Below, one piece after another: positions 26,799 through 37,067 of a DNA stretch of 64,000 bases. A model generated the notes under the pieces. The model did not search any database and had not been told where the DNA came from. It was given only the letters and a program-made list of their open reading frames with translations. The DNA comes from a bacterium. Its GTDB lineage: Bacteria > Bacteroidota > Ignavibacteria > Kapaibacteriales > UBA7675. Position 1 is the first letter of the stretch. Each line of letters begins with the position of its first letter. Location of the stretch: NCBI GenBank assembly GCA_030430495.1, contig JAUIKM010000030.1, positions 40 to 64,039 of the forward strand. Direction: 5' to 3'. The position numbers and the translations under genes were made by a program.

Positions 26799-29700
26799 TC
26801 AATCCAGCGGCGGCACCTGCCCCGGGTTAACGACCCCGAAGTTCGGCAGAAAGAGCTGGATAAAGTCGTCGGCCGAGACGCTCAGATCGCTGTTGAGGTC
26901 GCCCGTGCGCACCACGTCGTAGTCCGTCAGATTTAACGTCACGGTCGTCATCCCCGTCACGCCGTTGACCACGTTGTCCGCGTCCGTGAAGTCAACGCTG
27001 TTTTGCTGGCCCTGGGTAATGGTGATACGCGATTCGGATGCTACGGAGAAGTGGCCGCCGTGGCGCACGATAATCCAGTAGTCGCCGCTGACGATATTGT
27101 CAAAGGCGGCGCGTATGGTCGCCTCGGAGGAAATCAGCGCACTGGTGCGTGTTGTTAACACGGACGTAAACAGGTCGACGCCTTCGCGCAGTTCAACAAT
27201 TGCCGCGGAGCGTTTGTGCGTCGTGCCGTTCCAGAGGCCCTGCAAATACACGTCAACATCAATAAGTGTTTCATCGCTGACAAACAGAACGAGGCGGTCG
27301 GAGCGATAGTCCGGCAGCAGTTGCAGGCCGCCGCCGAGGTCGTTGTTGCGCACTTCACTGAACGTGCCGACGTGGTCTTCGTACTCGGCAATCACAAACT
27401 GGTCGCCTTCCTGCGGCGTGAACCCGTCAATCAGATTGATGTCGAGGACGCCGTCAAAATACATCACCCCGCTGGGCATGGCGAACTGATCGTACTGGAC
27501 GGACGCCGTCGTGCCGCCGATATCAACGCGGTACTCCGCCTGAGGTTGAAACTGAAACGAACCCAATGCCTCCAGGCGTCCGGGCGAAGCGCCGGGGTTA
27601 ACAATACCGTAGAAAAACAGATCGCCGACAGCCGAAGGATCCAACGTGCCGAAGCCGCTGAGAGTCGCGTCCGTGGCAATCGTCACGCGGCCGCCGCCGA
27701 GCGTTAACACCGCGCCCGTGGAAATCGCGATATCGCCATACGACACAAAGCGGCTTGAAAACTGCTGATCCAGAATGCGCGAGCCCGTCGTTGTGTTTAA
27801 CACTTCAAGCACCGCGCCCGTGGCGCTGGTGACGGACACGTCGGCGTCAAGGAAAATCCTCGCGTCCTGAAAGAAGGAATCGTCCAGCACATCCAGCGAA
27901 ACATATCCGTTGTTAAGGAAGCCGTGGTTAATCCGGAATATGGCACTGCCGTCAACCTGCGTTCCTTCCACGGCGATACTTCCGAGCGAGGCATTGGTGA
28001 CGACCCGGTTAAACTCCGTGTCGCCGCGGATGCTCATGCGGTCGAGATTCATCAGACGCGTGTGCACGTTGCAGTCGCGCAGCAGCCAGTGCAGTTGATT
28101 GACGTGGACGCCGTCGCCCTGAACATCGATATTGTGCATTTCCAGCGTCCCGCCGCCCGACATCGTTGCACCTGTGATGACCGTTATACCATCGTCCACG
28201 AACAATGTCTGGGACGTGTGCACGCGCACGATACCGTCCAGAATCAATTGTGAAGCCAGGTTCTGGTCGATCAACAAGCCCGCGTTGCTGCAGATGATTC
28301 TTCCCGTGTTGTTAATCAGACCGCTTGAGTTGACTATCGTCGCCTGCGTCGACACGCGCAAGTCGCCGGCGTTGTGCAGTTCCGCGCCAATATCCATGGT
28401 GATGCGGCGCAGGCTGCTGCGCGCACCGCGCCGGGTGGCAATCGTTGCGCCGGCGTGATTAAACATCGTCGCTCGTATGCGCAGATTTGATTCGCGATCA
28501 ACGCCCGCGTCTTCATTCAACATTCGGACAGCGCCGAAGTTGTCGAAGTTTGTAAAGATGTCCAGTTCGGCATTGCCCGACTGCGATCCGCTGACGCGCA
28601 TAGTCGCGCCGGTCGCGTTCGTGAGCTGTTCCATAAAGTCGACAAAACTCCGCACCGTTACGTTTGAGCTGTTAACAAAGGGCGTTTCGAAAATCGAGGC
28701 GTTGACGACCACGTCCGTTACCGCGTTAAACGTTCCATTGCCAATTGCTGTAACGGAACTGAGTTCAAACTCACCGCCTCCCAGCACCTGTCCGCCGCTG
28801 TGATCGAAGGTCCGGCCGCTCAGCATGAACTGGCGGCCCGGCGCAATATTGATTACACCCGCGTTGTTAAACTGTGCGCCGACGCCGGTCTGAAGGACTT
28901 CCACGTTTGCCGTCGTGGAATTAAACTGGTTGCGGTTGTCGATGAGACCGGAAGTATTGTTGAATCTGAAAAGAGATCGCCCGCCGATTACACCAAAATT
29001 GCGCAGCAGCGCGCCCGACACAAGATTCATCCGGCGCACGCCGCCGAAACTGCCGTCAACCGCGTCGATAGTCGCTCCGGTGCAGTTCAGCAGTTCAGCG
29101 CCTGTGCCGAATACTATCTGCGCTGTGCGGGCCAGCGTAAGGTGTTCGTTGCTGAGTCGCACCAGACCAAAGTTCTTGAGCGTCCCGTTCACGTTTAATG
29201 TCCCGTCGCCGCCGGCGTTGGAACCCACGATGCGCATCGTCGCATTCGTGCCGTTGATCAAATTCTGGTTAAAAGTATTCGCGCCCTGCATGTTCAGTCG
29301 CAGGCGGTTGTCGAAGTCGACATTGACCGTGCCGGCGCGCATGTCCGTGTTGATTTCGGTCAGGAAATCATCGCCGGACAAAGTCGACGACACCAGGGAC
29401 AGAAGACCGCCGCCGGAGATACGGCCGCCGTTGCTTTCAATCTGTCCGTTGGAAATTGAAATCGTTAATCCGGTCGCAACATTGATCTCTCCGGCGTTTT
29501 TCAGGAATGACGTCAGTGTCAGCTGAAATGACACTGTGGCCGACGTGAGACTGATCTCCGCCCGGTTGTCGATTACGGCGTTGTTAATATCAAAGGTATA
29601 ACTTGTGTTGTTGAGGATCGTGCCGTAGTTCAACATCAGCCCGCCGGACTCTACCGCAATTTGCCGCGTGCCGGCAACGGTGCCTTCGCGCAGCGAGATC

Positions 29701-31583
29701 GTCGCGCCGGTTCCATTGACAAAACGATCATTGGTCTGCACGCGCAAGCGCACCGTACGACCGAAGTTCGCGTCGGAATTCACAATCACCAGCAAACCCT
29801 CGTTGCGGCCGCGGTCTTCCACGCGCAGCTCCGCATCGCCGACATCGCTGCCTTCGATGATGCAGCGTCCCGTCGCGCCGTTGTCAAAACGGCCGTTAAA
29901 CGTCGAGGTATTGCGCAGGTGAAGAACCGACTGATTCATGAAGTCGGCATTAACCGTCACGGAGCGCATTTGCATCGGAATGGTATTGGTGATTGTCCCG
30001 GCGCCGTTAAGCGTCGCAAAATCGAACTGGACAGATCCGGCGCCCGAGATACTTCCACCGTCATGTTCATAACGGCCGCTGGAAAAGAGCATCAGCCGAC
30101 CGCCGGCCACATTGACGCTGCCTTTGTTAATAAAGTCGGAGTTTGACGAGTTGCTGCAGTTCAGATCGGCGGTCGTGACGTTGATCGTTCCGGCATTGCA
30201 GAACAGACCGCCGGTGTTGTTGTCGAGCGTGTAGTTAATGTCGGAGTTAATATCGGCGTAATTCTCGAAACGCGTGTCGCTGTTGAGAATGATGTTGCGG
30301 GCCCCTGGTTGTTGTCCCTCCAGGACCTGGACTTCGGCGCCCGTGGCGTTAACAAATTTTGCGCCGCTGCCGTTGAGCCGCAGATTGAGCGTCCGGTTAA
30401 ACGTGAGGTGCTCGTTGTACATGCGCAGGACACCGAAGTTGTCCATGCGCGATTCCAGGCGCAGTTCCGCATCGCCGACACTGCTGCCCAGGATGCGGAA
30501 GGTCGCCCCCGTTGCGTTTTCAACCGCCGCGTTAAAGGTGCATGTATTCTTGAGATCCATCAGCAGCGTGTTGACCACCGGAATGTTTACGGTGCAACTA
30601 CGCAGCAGTGTGATAATTTCAGGGTCAAAGTCGGCCGTGCCGTTGATCGTGACAAAGTTCAGATTGAGTTGGCCGTCGTTGCTGTACGTTCCGCCCTGAT
30701 GCACCAGCCGCCCGGAACTGAAATCGAGCGTACGTCCGGCGGGAATGTTAATCGCGCCGCTGTGCACAAAGTCCGAATTGGAGTTTTGCGAGACAGTCAG
30801 GTTGGCTCCCGTCACATTCACCGTGCCGCTGTTGTTAAACTCGGAGCCGCTGCCTCCGGTCAGAGTCAGGCCGGCGGCCACGTCCAGCGACCCGAAGTTG
30901 CGCAACTCGCTGTTGCTTTCCTGGATGATCTGGCGCGTTCCGCCATTCGTGCCCGTCAGCGCTTTTATCGTCGCCCCCGTGCCGTTCTGCAGAACCTGCC
31001 CTGTCCGCACTCGAATTCGCGTGGAACGGCTGAACGTTCCATCGGAATTGATCAAGCGGATGCATCCGAGGTTGTCAAAGAATGTATCGACCCGCAATTC
31101 GGCATCGCCGACGTTCGAGCCTTCAATGTCGACGCGCGCGCCGGCGCTGTTGACCGTTTCCAGTTCAAAGTCACAATTGTTGAACAGCCGGGTCAGGCCG
31201 TTCAACTCCAATGATCCACCGCCGTCAAGCGCAGCAGATCGCATCTGCAGCACGCCGTTCGTTTTCACCTCGCTCGCCGCCGCCAACGTCAGCGAGTGGT
31301 TCCAGACATACAGCGTCTGCGCCCCGCTTGCCGCGCCGACGGTTACACTGTTAACAGAGCGGTCGGTATCGTCCAGCGTCACCGTATACGTTCCGGCAAC
31401 GGTGATAAACACGTTGTCGCTCGCACCGGGCACTGCGCCGCCGGTCCATTTTGACGCGTCGTCCCAATCACCGTCGACGGCGGAATCCCAGAAAATATCG
31501 GCGGCAAAAGCAGTGGCGCTGCCCAGGAACAACAGGCCGACCACCGCAAGCACGCGATTAAACAGAGTTAACATCATCGTCAT
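26799..31583 (-). CDS. Giant secreted beta-helix/adhesin-like protein (1594 aa) with six ~210-aa internal modules and the shared C-terminal module
   Basis: Signal peptide MTMMLTLFNRVLAVVGLLFLGSATAFA. N-terminal FWDSAVDGDWDDASKWTGGAVPGASDNVFIT is typical of autotransporter-passenger-like beta-helix proteins. The G-x-x-V-G-D-A-E-L-R-like motif recurs at about residues 159, 370, 582, 791, 1003 and 1210. The tail is GDLNSDLSVSADDFIQLFLPNFGVVNPGQVPPLD. Confidence 0.85.
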   Translation of the reverse strand: MTMMLTLFNRVLAVVGLLFLGSATAFAADIFWDSAVDGDWDDASKWTGGAVPGASDNVFITVAGTYTVTLDDTDRSVNSVTVGAASGAQTLYVWNHSLTLAAASEVKTNGVLQMRSAALDGGGSLELNGLTRLFNNCDFELETVNSAGARVDIEGSNVGDAELRVDTFFDNLGCIRLINSDGTFSRSTRIRVRTGQVLQNGTGATIKALTGTNGGTRQIIQESNSELRNFGSLDVAAGLTLTGGSGSEFNNSGTVNVTGANLTVSQNSNSDFVHSGAINIPAGRTLDFSSGRLVHQGGTYSNDGQLNLNFVTINGTADFDPEIITLLRSCTVNIPVVNTLLMDLKNTCTFNAAVENATGATFRILGSSVGDAELRLESRMDNFGVLRMYNEHLTFNRTLNLRLNGSGAKFVNATGAEVQVLEGQQPGARNIILNSDTRFENYADINSDINYTLDNNTGGLFCNAGTINVTTADLNCSNSSNSDFINKGSVNVAGGRLMLFSSGRYEHDGGSISGAGSVQFDFATLNGAGTITNTIPMQMRSVTVNADFMNQSVLHLRNTSTFNGRFDNGATGRCIIEGSDVGDAELRVEDRGRNEGLLVIVNSDANFGRTVRLRVQTNDRFVNGTGATISLREGTVAGTRQIAVESGGLMLNYGTILNNTSYTFDINNAVIDNRAEISLTSATVSFQLTLTSFLKNAGEINVATGLTISISNGQIESNGGRISGGGLLSLVSSTLSGDDFLTEINTDMRAGTVNVDFDNRLRLNMQGANTFNQNLINGTNATMRIVGSNAGGDGTLNVNGTLKNFGLVRLSNEHLTLARTAQIVFGTGAELLNCTGATIDAVDGSFGGVRRMNLVSGALLRNFGVIGGRSLFRFNNTSGLIDNRNQFNSTTANVEVLQTGVGAQFNNAGVINIAPGRQFMLSGRTFDHSGGQVLGGGEFELSSVTAIGNGTFNAVTDVVVNASIFETPFVNSSNVTVRSFVDFMEQLTNATGATMRVSGSQSGNAELDIFTNFDNFGAVRMLNEDAGVDRESNLRIRATMFNHAGATIATRRGARSSLRRITMDIGAELHNAGDLRVSTQATIVNSSGLINNTGRIICSNAGLLIDQNLASQLILDGIVRVHTSQTLFVDDGITVITGATMSGGGTLEMHNIDVQGDGVHVNQLHWLLRDCNVHTRLMNLDRMSIRGDTEFNRVVTNASLGSIAVEGTQVDGSAIFRINHGFLNNGYVSLDVLDDSFFQDARIFLDADVSVTSATGAVLEVLNTTTGSRILDQQFSSRFVSYGDIAISTGAVLTLGGGRVTIATDATLSGFGTLDPSAVGDLFFYGIVNPGASPGRLEALGSFQFQPQAEYRVDIGGTTASVQYDQFAMPSGVMYFDGVLDINLIDGFTPQEGDQFVIAEYEDHVGTFSEVRNNDLGGGLQLLPDYRSDRLVLFVSDETLIDVDVYLQGLWNGTTHKRSAAIVELREGVDLFTSVLTTRTSALISSEATIRAAFDNIVSGDYWIIVRHGGHFSVASESRITITQGQQNSVDFTDADNVVNGVTGMTTVTLNLTDYDVVRTGDLNSDLSVSADDFIQLFLPNFGVVNPGQVPPLD

Positions 31584-31761
31584 TCTCAGAATATGTGGAT
31601 TTGAAAAACATGGGAATGCAGACCGATGAACTGTTTATTCACGGCCCGGGTGCTGTGCTATATAAAAAGGAGAAACCTGAACCAAAGCGGAACGGCGCAA
31701 GATAGGAAAATTCGCTCAAACGGTGTACGCCCGCGCCGGACAGATCCCCGCAATTGCCCTT

Positions 31762-31826
31762 CTGAGCGCTTCGCCACTTTGTTGCTGCGCACGGCAGCGG
31801 CTTGCTTGATTCTCTTGTTTGTCAAT
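31762..31826 (+). repeat. Dispersed repeat family 2, copy E3 (block 1 only)
   Basis: CTGAGCGCTTCGCCACTTTGTTGCTGCGCACGGCAGCGGCTTGCTTGATTCTCTTGTTTGTCAATG. Confidence 0.6.
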
Positions 31827-32254
31827 GTTCCACAAGCGCCGCGTATGTGCGCCAATACTGGTGCAATAAGGCCGGGAGGCGCATGACGACGAGGTTTTCG
31901 TCAACTGGTCCCCCGCAGAAGAATTACCAGGCGGAAGCAACAGATTCGGCGTAAGACTTCAGGTTGGCCCGCCGCGCTGCTATGCGGGTAGCTATAGAAA
32001 AGGACAGGCGCACAATTGCAGCCGGCCTGTTTTCGGCAGATGTGTTTACAGTGCAATTGAAGTATTTTCCCGGCCGACGGCCGGTTTTTGGCGGATGAAT
32101 TCGCGGGCTGAGCGACGCAGCGTCCTTGCGACCGGCGGTATTTTGCAGAGCGGTTTGCGGGGCAATTGAACCAGAGCGACTGAGGCAAGGCGTTTTTATG
32201 TGGAGCTGTTTTTGTGGAGTGCCGCGCGCAGTGTAAGTCTGAAGTCTTGTAGAA

Positions 32255-32520
32255 TTAGTTGAATATTCTTTTGTGAGATCAAAGGACCCACCCCGACACC
32301 ACCACCCTTCCGAGAACGATACCCACCAATATAGCTTCCCTTACCCGCTTGCGCGCGGGCTCGTTCAGCATGCCATCAAACCATGATCTCCACCCGACGC
32401 ACACGACCGGTCCGCGCGCGTCGATCACACATTACGCAGCCTGTAATACTATTCCATGTCTAAAAAATTGAACGTAGCGCATTGCGTGGGTGAACGGCCT
32501 GTAAAGACTCTTGAACGGTC
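32255..32520 (+). repeat. Dispersed intergenic repeat family 1, copy B (most diverged)
   Basis: Keeps the flanks GTTGAATATT...GAGATCAAAGGACCCACCCCGACACCACCACCC and AAAAAATTGAACGTAGCGC...GTGGGTGAACGGCC. The centre has diverged but is still C-rich. Confidence 0.6.
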
Positions 32521-32628
32521 AACATTCTCCGGACGTCATACCCGCTGACAAACAAAAAATGGCCCCGCAGTCCAGCCGCAAAGGCATGTCTGCAGAGCCA
32601 TCCTCTACTATTCCGTTCACTCCGGCCG

Positions 32629-35600
32629 CTAGTCCAGCGGAGGCACCTGCCCCGGATTCACGACGCCAAAATTGGGCGTAAACAGCTGCACGAAGTCGTC
32701 GGCGCTGATGGAATTGTCGGCGTTCAACTCACCTGACAATGCGCCCAGGACGTCGCCGGGCAAATCTGTTAACCAGAGCAGACCGCCGACGACATTTGCC
32801 GACTGACTCAGATCAACATCCGCCGGACTGCCGGCCTCCAGCAAAACAGGCGCCGCGCTCGCCAGAGGAATGTGCCCTCCGTGGCGAACGACAAGCCAGT
32901 AGCTGCCGTCGGCCAGGCCGTCAAACTCAAACCGAGTGCTTGCGCCGGTGCTGTGCAAAGCCGACGCGCGCGCCACGACGGCCGAAGTCGACAATTCGGG
33001 TCCTTCGCGCAATTCAAGCATGAAAGGCGTTCGTTTGTGTGATTCGCCGTTCCAGTAACCCTGGAAGTACACTTCAACGTCAACGACAATCTGATCGGGT
33101 GCGGATGCCGTTACAACGGCCTGTGTTGCGCCAACATCAAGCGTGAAGCCGACGCCGCCGGGCTGCGTAGCGCCGACGACCGCCGCAAATGCGCCGGTTA
33201 CCGACTCGTACTCCATGATGACAAACTGCGCGCCGTCGGCCGGAACAAAGCCGTCGATCAAAGCAAGGCTCAGTTCACCGTCGAGCGTCAGTACTCCCTC
33301 GACGATCAGTTTGTCAAAACCGCTGCCGGGTTCCACGCCGCCAATCTCTATCTCAATGGTCGATGTCGAAGTTAACTCGTAGTCGCTGCCTATTGTTAAC
33401 ACGCCCGGCGAACGGCCCGGGCTGGTGGTGCCTGCATTGGACGCTCCTCCCGGGATGACCGAAAAAGTACCGTTGCCATTGATGACAAAGTCGCCCGGCA
33501 GCAGGACCTTCTCATCTACTGCCAGGGTCAATCCGGCCTCAATCAATTCTACACAGGAACTTTCTTCGGTCAACAGCAGCATGGAAATATCCGGTACTAT
33601 CATTTCCAGGTTTCCGCCGGCAACAGAGACTTTGCCTTTTTGGGTAAACAGCATCTGACCGTCGAGAGTGAAAATTGCAACTGTCGCGGTTTCCATCTGC
33701 GGTTTGCCGTTGTACCCTATCAAACCACAGTTGACGATCTCCGTATTATCACGAGCTTCCACGAGATTGTTTGTGACCGTACAGTCAAAGTTCAGGGTCG
33801 CTCCTGTGTGATTGACCAGCTTGGCATCATCCCGCAGTTGAACATGTGCCTTGTTTGCGGCGCGATTTCCATTAGTCACCACGACGTTCTCATGTACCGT
33901 CGGCTGCCCTATTCTGGCATCTCCGAAGTTGTCGAACAAGCCGTTGCCCTGAAGTTCAATCACCGCCGCCGGATTGGCCGTCGTGGCATTAAACTTTCCG
34001 TTGTTTCTAAAAGTACCGGAACCGGAGGCCAACACAACTGATGTCGTAACCACCTTGCGAACTTCAACCCGCCCATTGTTGACAAATGCCGCATTGTTTT
34101 CTACCAGCACGGACGCTGTTGTTCCTTTGAATTGCGGCACAACATTGTTCGACGGTAAAACAAGATCTCTGAAGTCAACTTTGCCGTTGTTGATAAATTC
34201 CCCGGCTCCGCCGAGATTGATGTGACCTGACGGTTGGGACGGCACAACCTGCGTCTCATCACGTGGAAATAACGTGCTGAAATTAACCTGACCTTCATTG
34301 ACAAACCTGGCATTGTCTTTCACATCGACGCCGCCGGGAACCTGAGCTGTAAAGTTCTCCGGCTGCGGTGCTTCATCGGCGGGCTTGACATCAAACGTGC
34401 CGCCAAAACCATTGAAAAACCTCGCGCCACCGCTCAATTCAAGGCCTTTAAATTTCTCCACGACAACTGCCGCAATCGTCCGCGTTGGAGACTGAACAAT
34501 AACGGACCCGAAATTGTCAAACTTTGCGTTTCCATTAACCGCGATTCCGGCATTGGTGATAATCGGATTGGCCTTCTGCACAAAAGCACCGTGATTTGTA
34601 GCGACGACCTGACCCATGAAGTTAAACGACGAACCGGGCAGACCGTTGGAAAAGTCTATCTCTCCGTTTATGCCGTTGTTAAAAATTGTCGACCCTTCAA
34701 ACTCGACGCCGACAACAGCCCGCAAATTCTCAATCAGACCTTGGTTGCTGAAGTCCGCATCAACGAATTTCAACGTCGCCATAGTGCCGGGCACACCAAT
34801 CTTCACCATCCCTTTGTTGTCAAATTTCCCGTGAAACTCATTCGCGCTGATATTCACACTGCCAATAAAACCTTCCGGCGAAAACTGAACAACGGAATTG
34901 GGATCAATATTGACGTCGCCAAAGAATTTGTTCACGCCGACAACATTGGCCGTTGGAGCGGCAAAAGACAAGGACGCGGTGGTGTTGAGTTGTGATTGGG
35001 CAATTTCCACCACCGACGATGTGATCAGAATCGGATCGTTCAATTTGGAGAACCCCACACTGAACACTCCATCACCCTGAAAGACGGTCGCGGAAGTATT
35101 GAAAATATCCGCATTACTCAGGAATGCCGTCCCGTTATTGTGAAACACATTTGACGCCCCCTTGAAGAAGAGCTTGCCAATTGGCCCCTGCATCGAGATG
35201 GAGACTATTGCCGTAGTGAATGGGACATCGATGTTGCCAAAAGTAATCGGTGACGGCTTGACCATGTTTTTCACATCATTGTCAACGGAGAGAAAAGCAT
35301 CATCCCCCTTGATATTAAACGACCCTTTGGCGCTGTTGATAAATGCATCGGTAGCAAACACGCCGAGTGAGGCCGTCGTAAACACGTTCACACTGCCGCA
35401 GTTAGTGAATTTTGCGCCGTCTTCAAGGTCCAGATTACGTGCGTTAAACACACTGCCTTCCGCCGCCATCGAGTTGACCTCGCCCTGATTTTCAAACTCG
35501 CTGCCTTTGAATACAGCTTGCAGCACTGAGAAGTTAGCCGTCCCTTCCGTTCCAAAGTTGACCTTTCCCTCGTTCAGAAAGTCTGCGTTAAATTCAAAAA

Positions 35601-36780
35601 AACTCGTAAACGAGCCGAACGAATGAAAATTCCAGATCGCCTCTTCCAGATTAAACAATTCGCTGTTAAAAATTCCGACGCCGATCACATCCATTTTCCC
35701 CTGGTTGTCAACGGGTGAGGTATCTTCAAAAACCGAGGTTCCGAAAAACCTGGCACGTGTACAGGCTACCGTAAATGTTCCGTTGCGCACGGTTGTATTG
35801 TTGAACTGGTAGGTGCCGTCGCCCAGAACGCGCCCCTCGCGCGGCTCAAACGTGCCATTGTCGATCGTCATCACGGTGCCGACGGTCACCAGAAGTTTAC
35901 CGCCGTCGTTGATAAACGTCGATCCTCCCACATTGGCAACCGTCACATTGGCAAAAGAAGAATTCACAAGGCCGCGATTAACAAAATTCTGCCGATTTTC
36001 GATTGTCAAAGGATGAAAGGCAACCACATCGCCGTTGTTGATAAAGCTGGTCGCATTGCCGGCGGAAAGCAGTCTTTTGCCGCCCGCATTTGGCACGGTG
36101 CAGATCGTCGCACCGGTAACATTCACAAATGGCGCATTCGCACCGCCTGTGTACTGAATTTTCGATTCTTCGCCGCTTTCGCTGGTCAGTGTGATTTTCC
36201 CCTGGTTTGTTCCGCCCTGCACGACTAACAAAGAGGGGAAGTTTTCATTGTTGCTGACAGAAAGGACAGCATTTGTTCCGTTAACAAAACTGCCCAGCAG
36301 TTGGCTTGCGGAAGCAACCGGGTTTTCGACAAATATTTCGCCGGCATTGTGCAGCTCATTGTTAATCGTTGAACTGAACAGATCCAGGCCGCCGCGATTG
36401 TCTATCCGTCCTGCTCCGCCGACATCCATCTGTTTAAGTTGCACCACGGCGCGATTGCCGAAAGTGGAGCGTTGCGCCAGAGTCAACGACTGCCCGGTTC
36501 CGACAACCGTCTGCGTACCGCCTGTGCCGCCGACCTGAAGAGAGTTTACCGCGGCATCCTGATCGAGGTTGACCTGATAAGTGCCCGATGTTGTGATGAA
36601 CACCTCGTCCCCTGCGCCCGGTACCTGACCGCCGCTCCAATTGGCGGCATCGCTCCAGTTGCCATTGACGGGGTTTTTCCAGAAGACATCGGCCGCACTG
36701 CATTCAGGTGAGATCAACAAAACAAAAGTTCCGCACACGGCCAGCAACGCGGCGGACATGCGCAATGTCGTCGCAATCAT
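32629..36780 (-). CDS. Giant secreted beta-helix/adhesin-like protein (1383 aa), paralogous ends to the 1594-aa protein
   Basis: Signal peptide. N-terminal FWKNPVNGNWSDAANWSGGQVPGAGDEVFIT. Asn/Gly-rich degenerate repeats. The penultimate IEIGG...FDKLIVEGVLTLDGELSLALIDGF.P..G..F.I.EY block and the final 150 aa align with 26799-27260 and end in the identical NFGVVNPGQVPPLD. Confidence 0.85.
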   Translation of the reverse strand: MIATTLRMSAALLAVCGTFVLLISPECSAADVFWKNPVNGNWSDAANWSGGQVPGAGDEVFITTSGTYQVNLDQDAAVNSLQVGGTGGTQTVVGTGQSLTLAQRSTFGNRAVVQLKQMDVGGAGRIDNRGGLDLFSSTINNELHNAGEIFVENPVASASQLLGSFVNGTNAVLSVSNNENFPSLLVVQGGTNQGKITLTSESGEESKIQYTGGANAPFVNVTGATICTVPNAGGKRLLSAGNATSFINNGDVVAFHPLTIENRQNFVNRGLVNSSFANVTVANVGGSTFINDGGKLLVTVGTVMTIDNGTFEPREGRVLGDGTYQFNNTTVRNGTFTVACTRARFFGTSVFEDTSPVDNQGKMDVIGVGIFNSELFNLEEAIWNFHSFGSFTSFFEFNADFLNEGKVNFGTEGTANFSVLQAVFKGSEFENQGEVNSMAAEGSVFNARNLDLEDGAKFTNCGSVNVFTTASLGVFATDAFINSAKGSFNIKGDDAFLSVDNDVKNMVKPSPITFGNIDVPFTTAIVSISMQGPIGKLFFKGASNVFHNNGTAFLSNADIFNTSATVFQGDGVFSVGFSKLNDPILITSSVVEIAQSQLNTTASLSFAAPTANVVGVNKFFGDVNIDPNSVVQFSPEGFIGSVNISANEFHGKFDNKGMVKIGVPGTMATLKFVDADFSNQGLIENLRAVVGVEFEGSTIFNNGINGEIDFSNGLPGSSFNFMGQVVATNHGAFVQKANPIITNAGIAVNGNAKFDNFGSVIVQSPTRTIAAVVVEKFKGLELSGGARFFNGFGGTFDVKPADEAPQPENFTAQVPGGVDVKDNARFVNEGQVNFSTLFPRDETQVVPSQPSGHINLGGAGEFINNGKVDFRDLVLPSNNVVPQFKGTTASVLVENNAAFVNNGRVEVRKVVTTSVVLASGSGTFRNNGKFNATTANPAAVIELQGNGLFDNFGDARIGQPTVHENVVVTNGNRAANKAHVQLRDDAKLVNHTGATLNFDCTVTNNLVEARDNTEIVNCGLIGYNGKPQMETATVAIFTLDGQMLFTQKGKVSVAGGNLEMIVPDISMLLLTEESSCVELIEAGLTLAVDEKVLLPGDFVINGNGTFSVIPGGASNAGTTSPGRSPGVLTIGSDYELTSTSTIEIEIGGVEPGSGFDKLIVEGVLTLDGELSLALIDGFVPADGAQFVIMEYESVTGAFAAVVGATQPGGVGFTLDVGATQAVVTASAPDQIVVDVEVYFQGYWNGESHKRTPFMLELREGPELSTSAVVARASALHSTGASTRFEFDGLADGSYWLVVRHGGHIPLASAAPVLLEAGSPADVDLSQSANVVGGLLWLTDLPGDVLGALSGELNADNSISADDFVQLFTPNFGVVNPGQVPPLD

Positions 36781-37067
36781 AGTTTAATCCGAATCCGTTG
36801 TAATAAAGACTACTGCTGTGTGATAGTGAGCCGCGCGGTTAAGTACCGATACAGCGGCGGGGCGGCCCGGAGGCCTGAGGAAAGGTAAAAACGCAAATTA
36901 CGGCTCCGAGCGGAGAGCGCCTGGCGGCGGTACGCTGGAGTTTATGGTATTACAGTGCTGGCGGGAATTTACGTAATGGCAGGCAAAAGACACAATCAGA
37001 CACAGAATCTGCCAGAATATCCGCGATTCATACCATTGGGTTCGGCCGGACCGGGCGTGGGGATGCG

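Noticed and set aside
26799-26900. Canonical type-I dockerin at the C-termini of the giant proteins
   Set aside because: Only one D-x-N-x-D...D-D-F Ca-loop/helix segment is present, instead of the duplicated 22-residue pair of true dockerins. It is therefore described only as half-dockerin-like.
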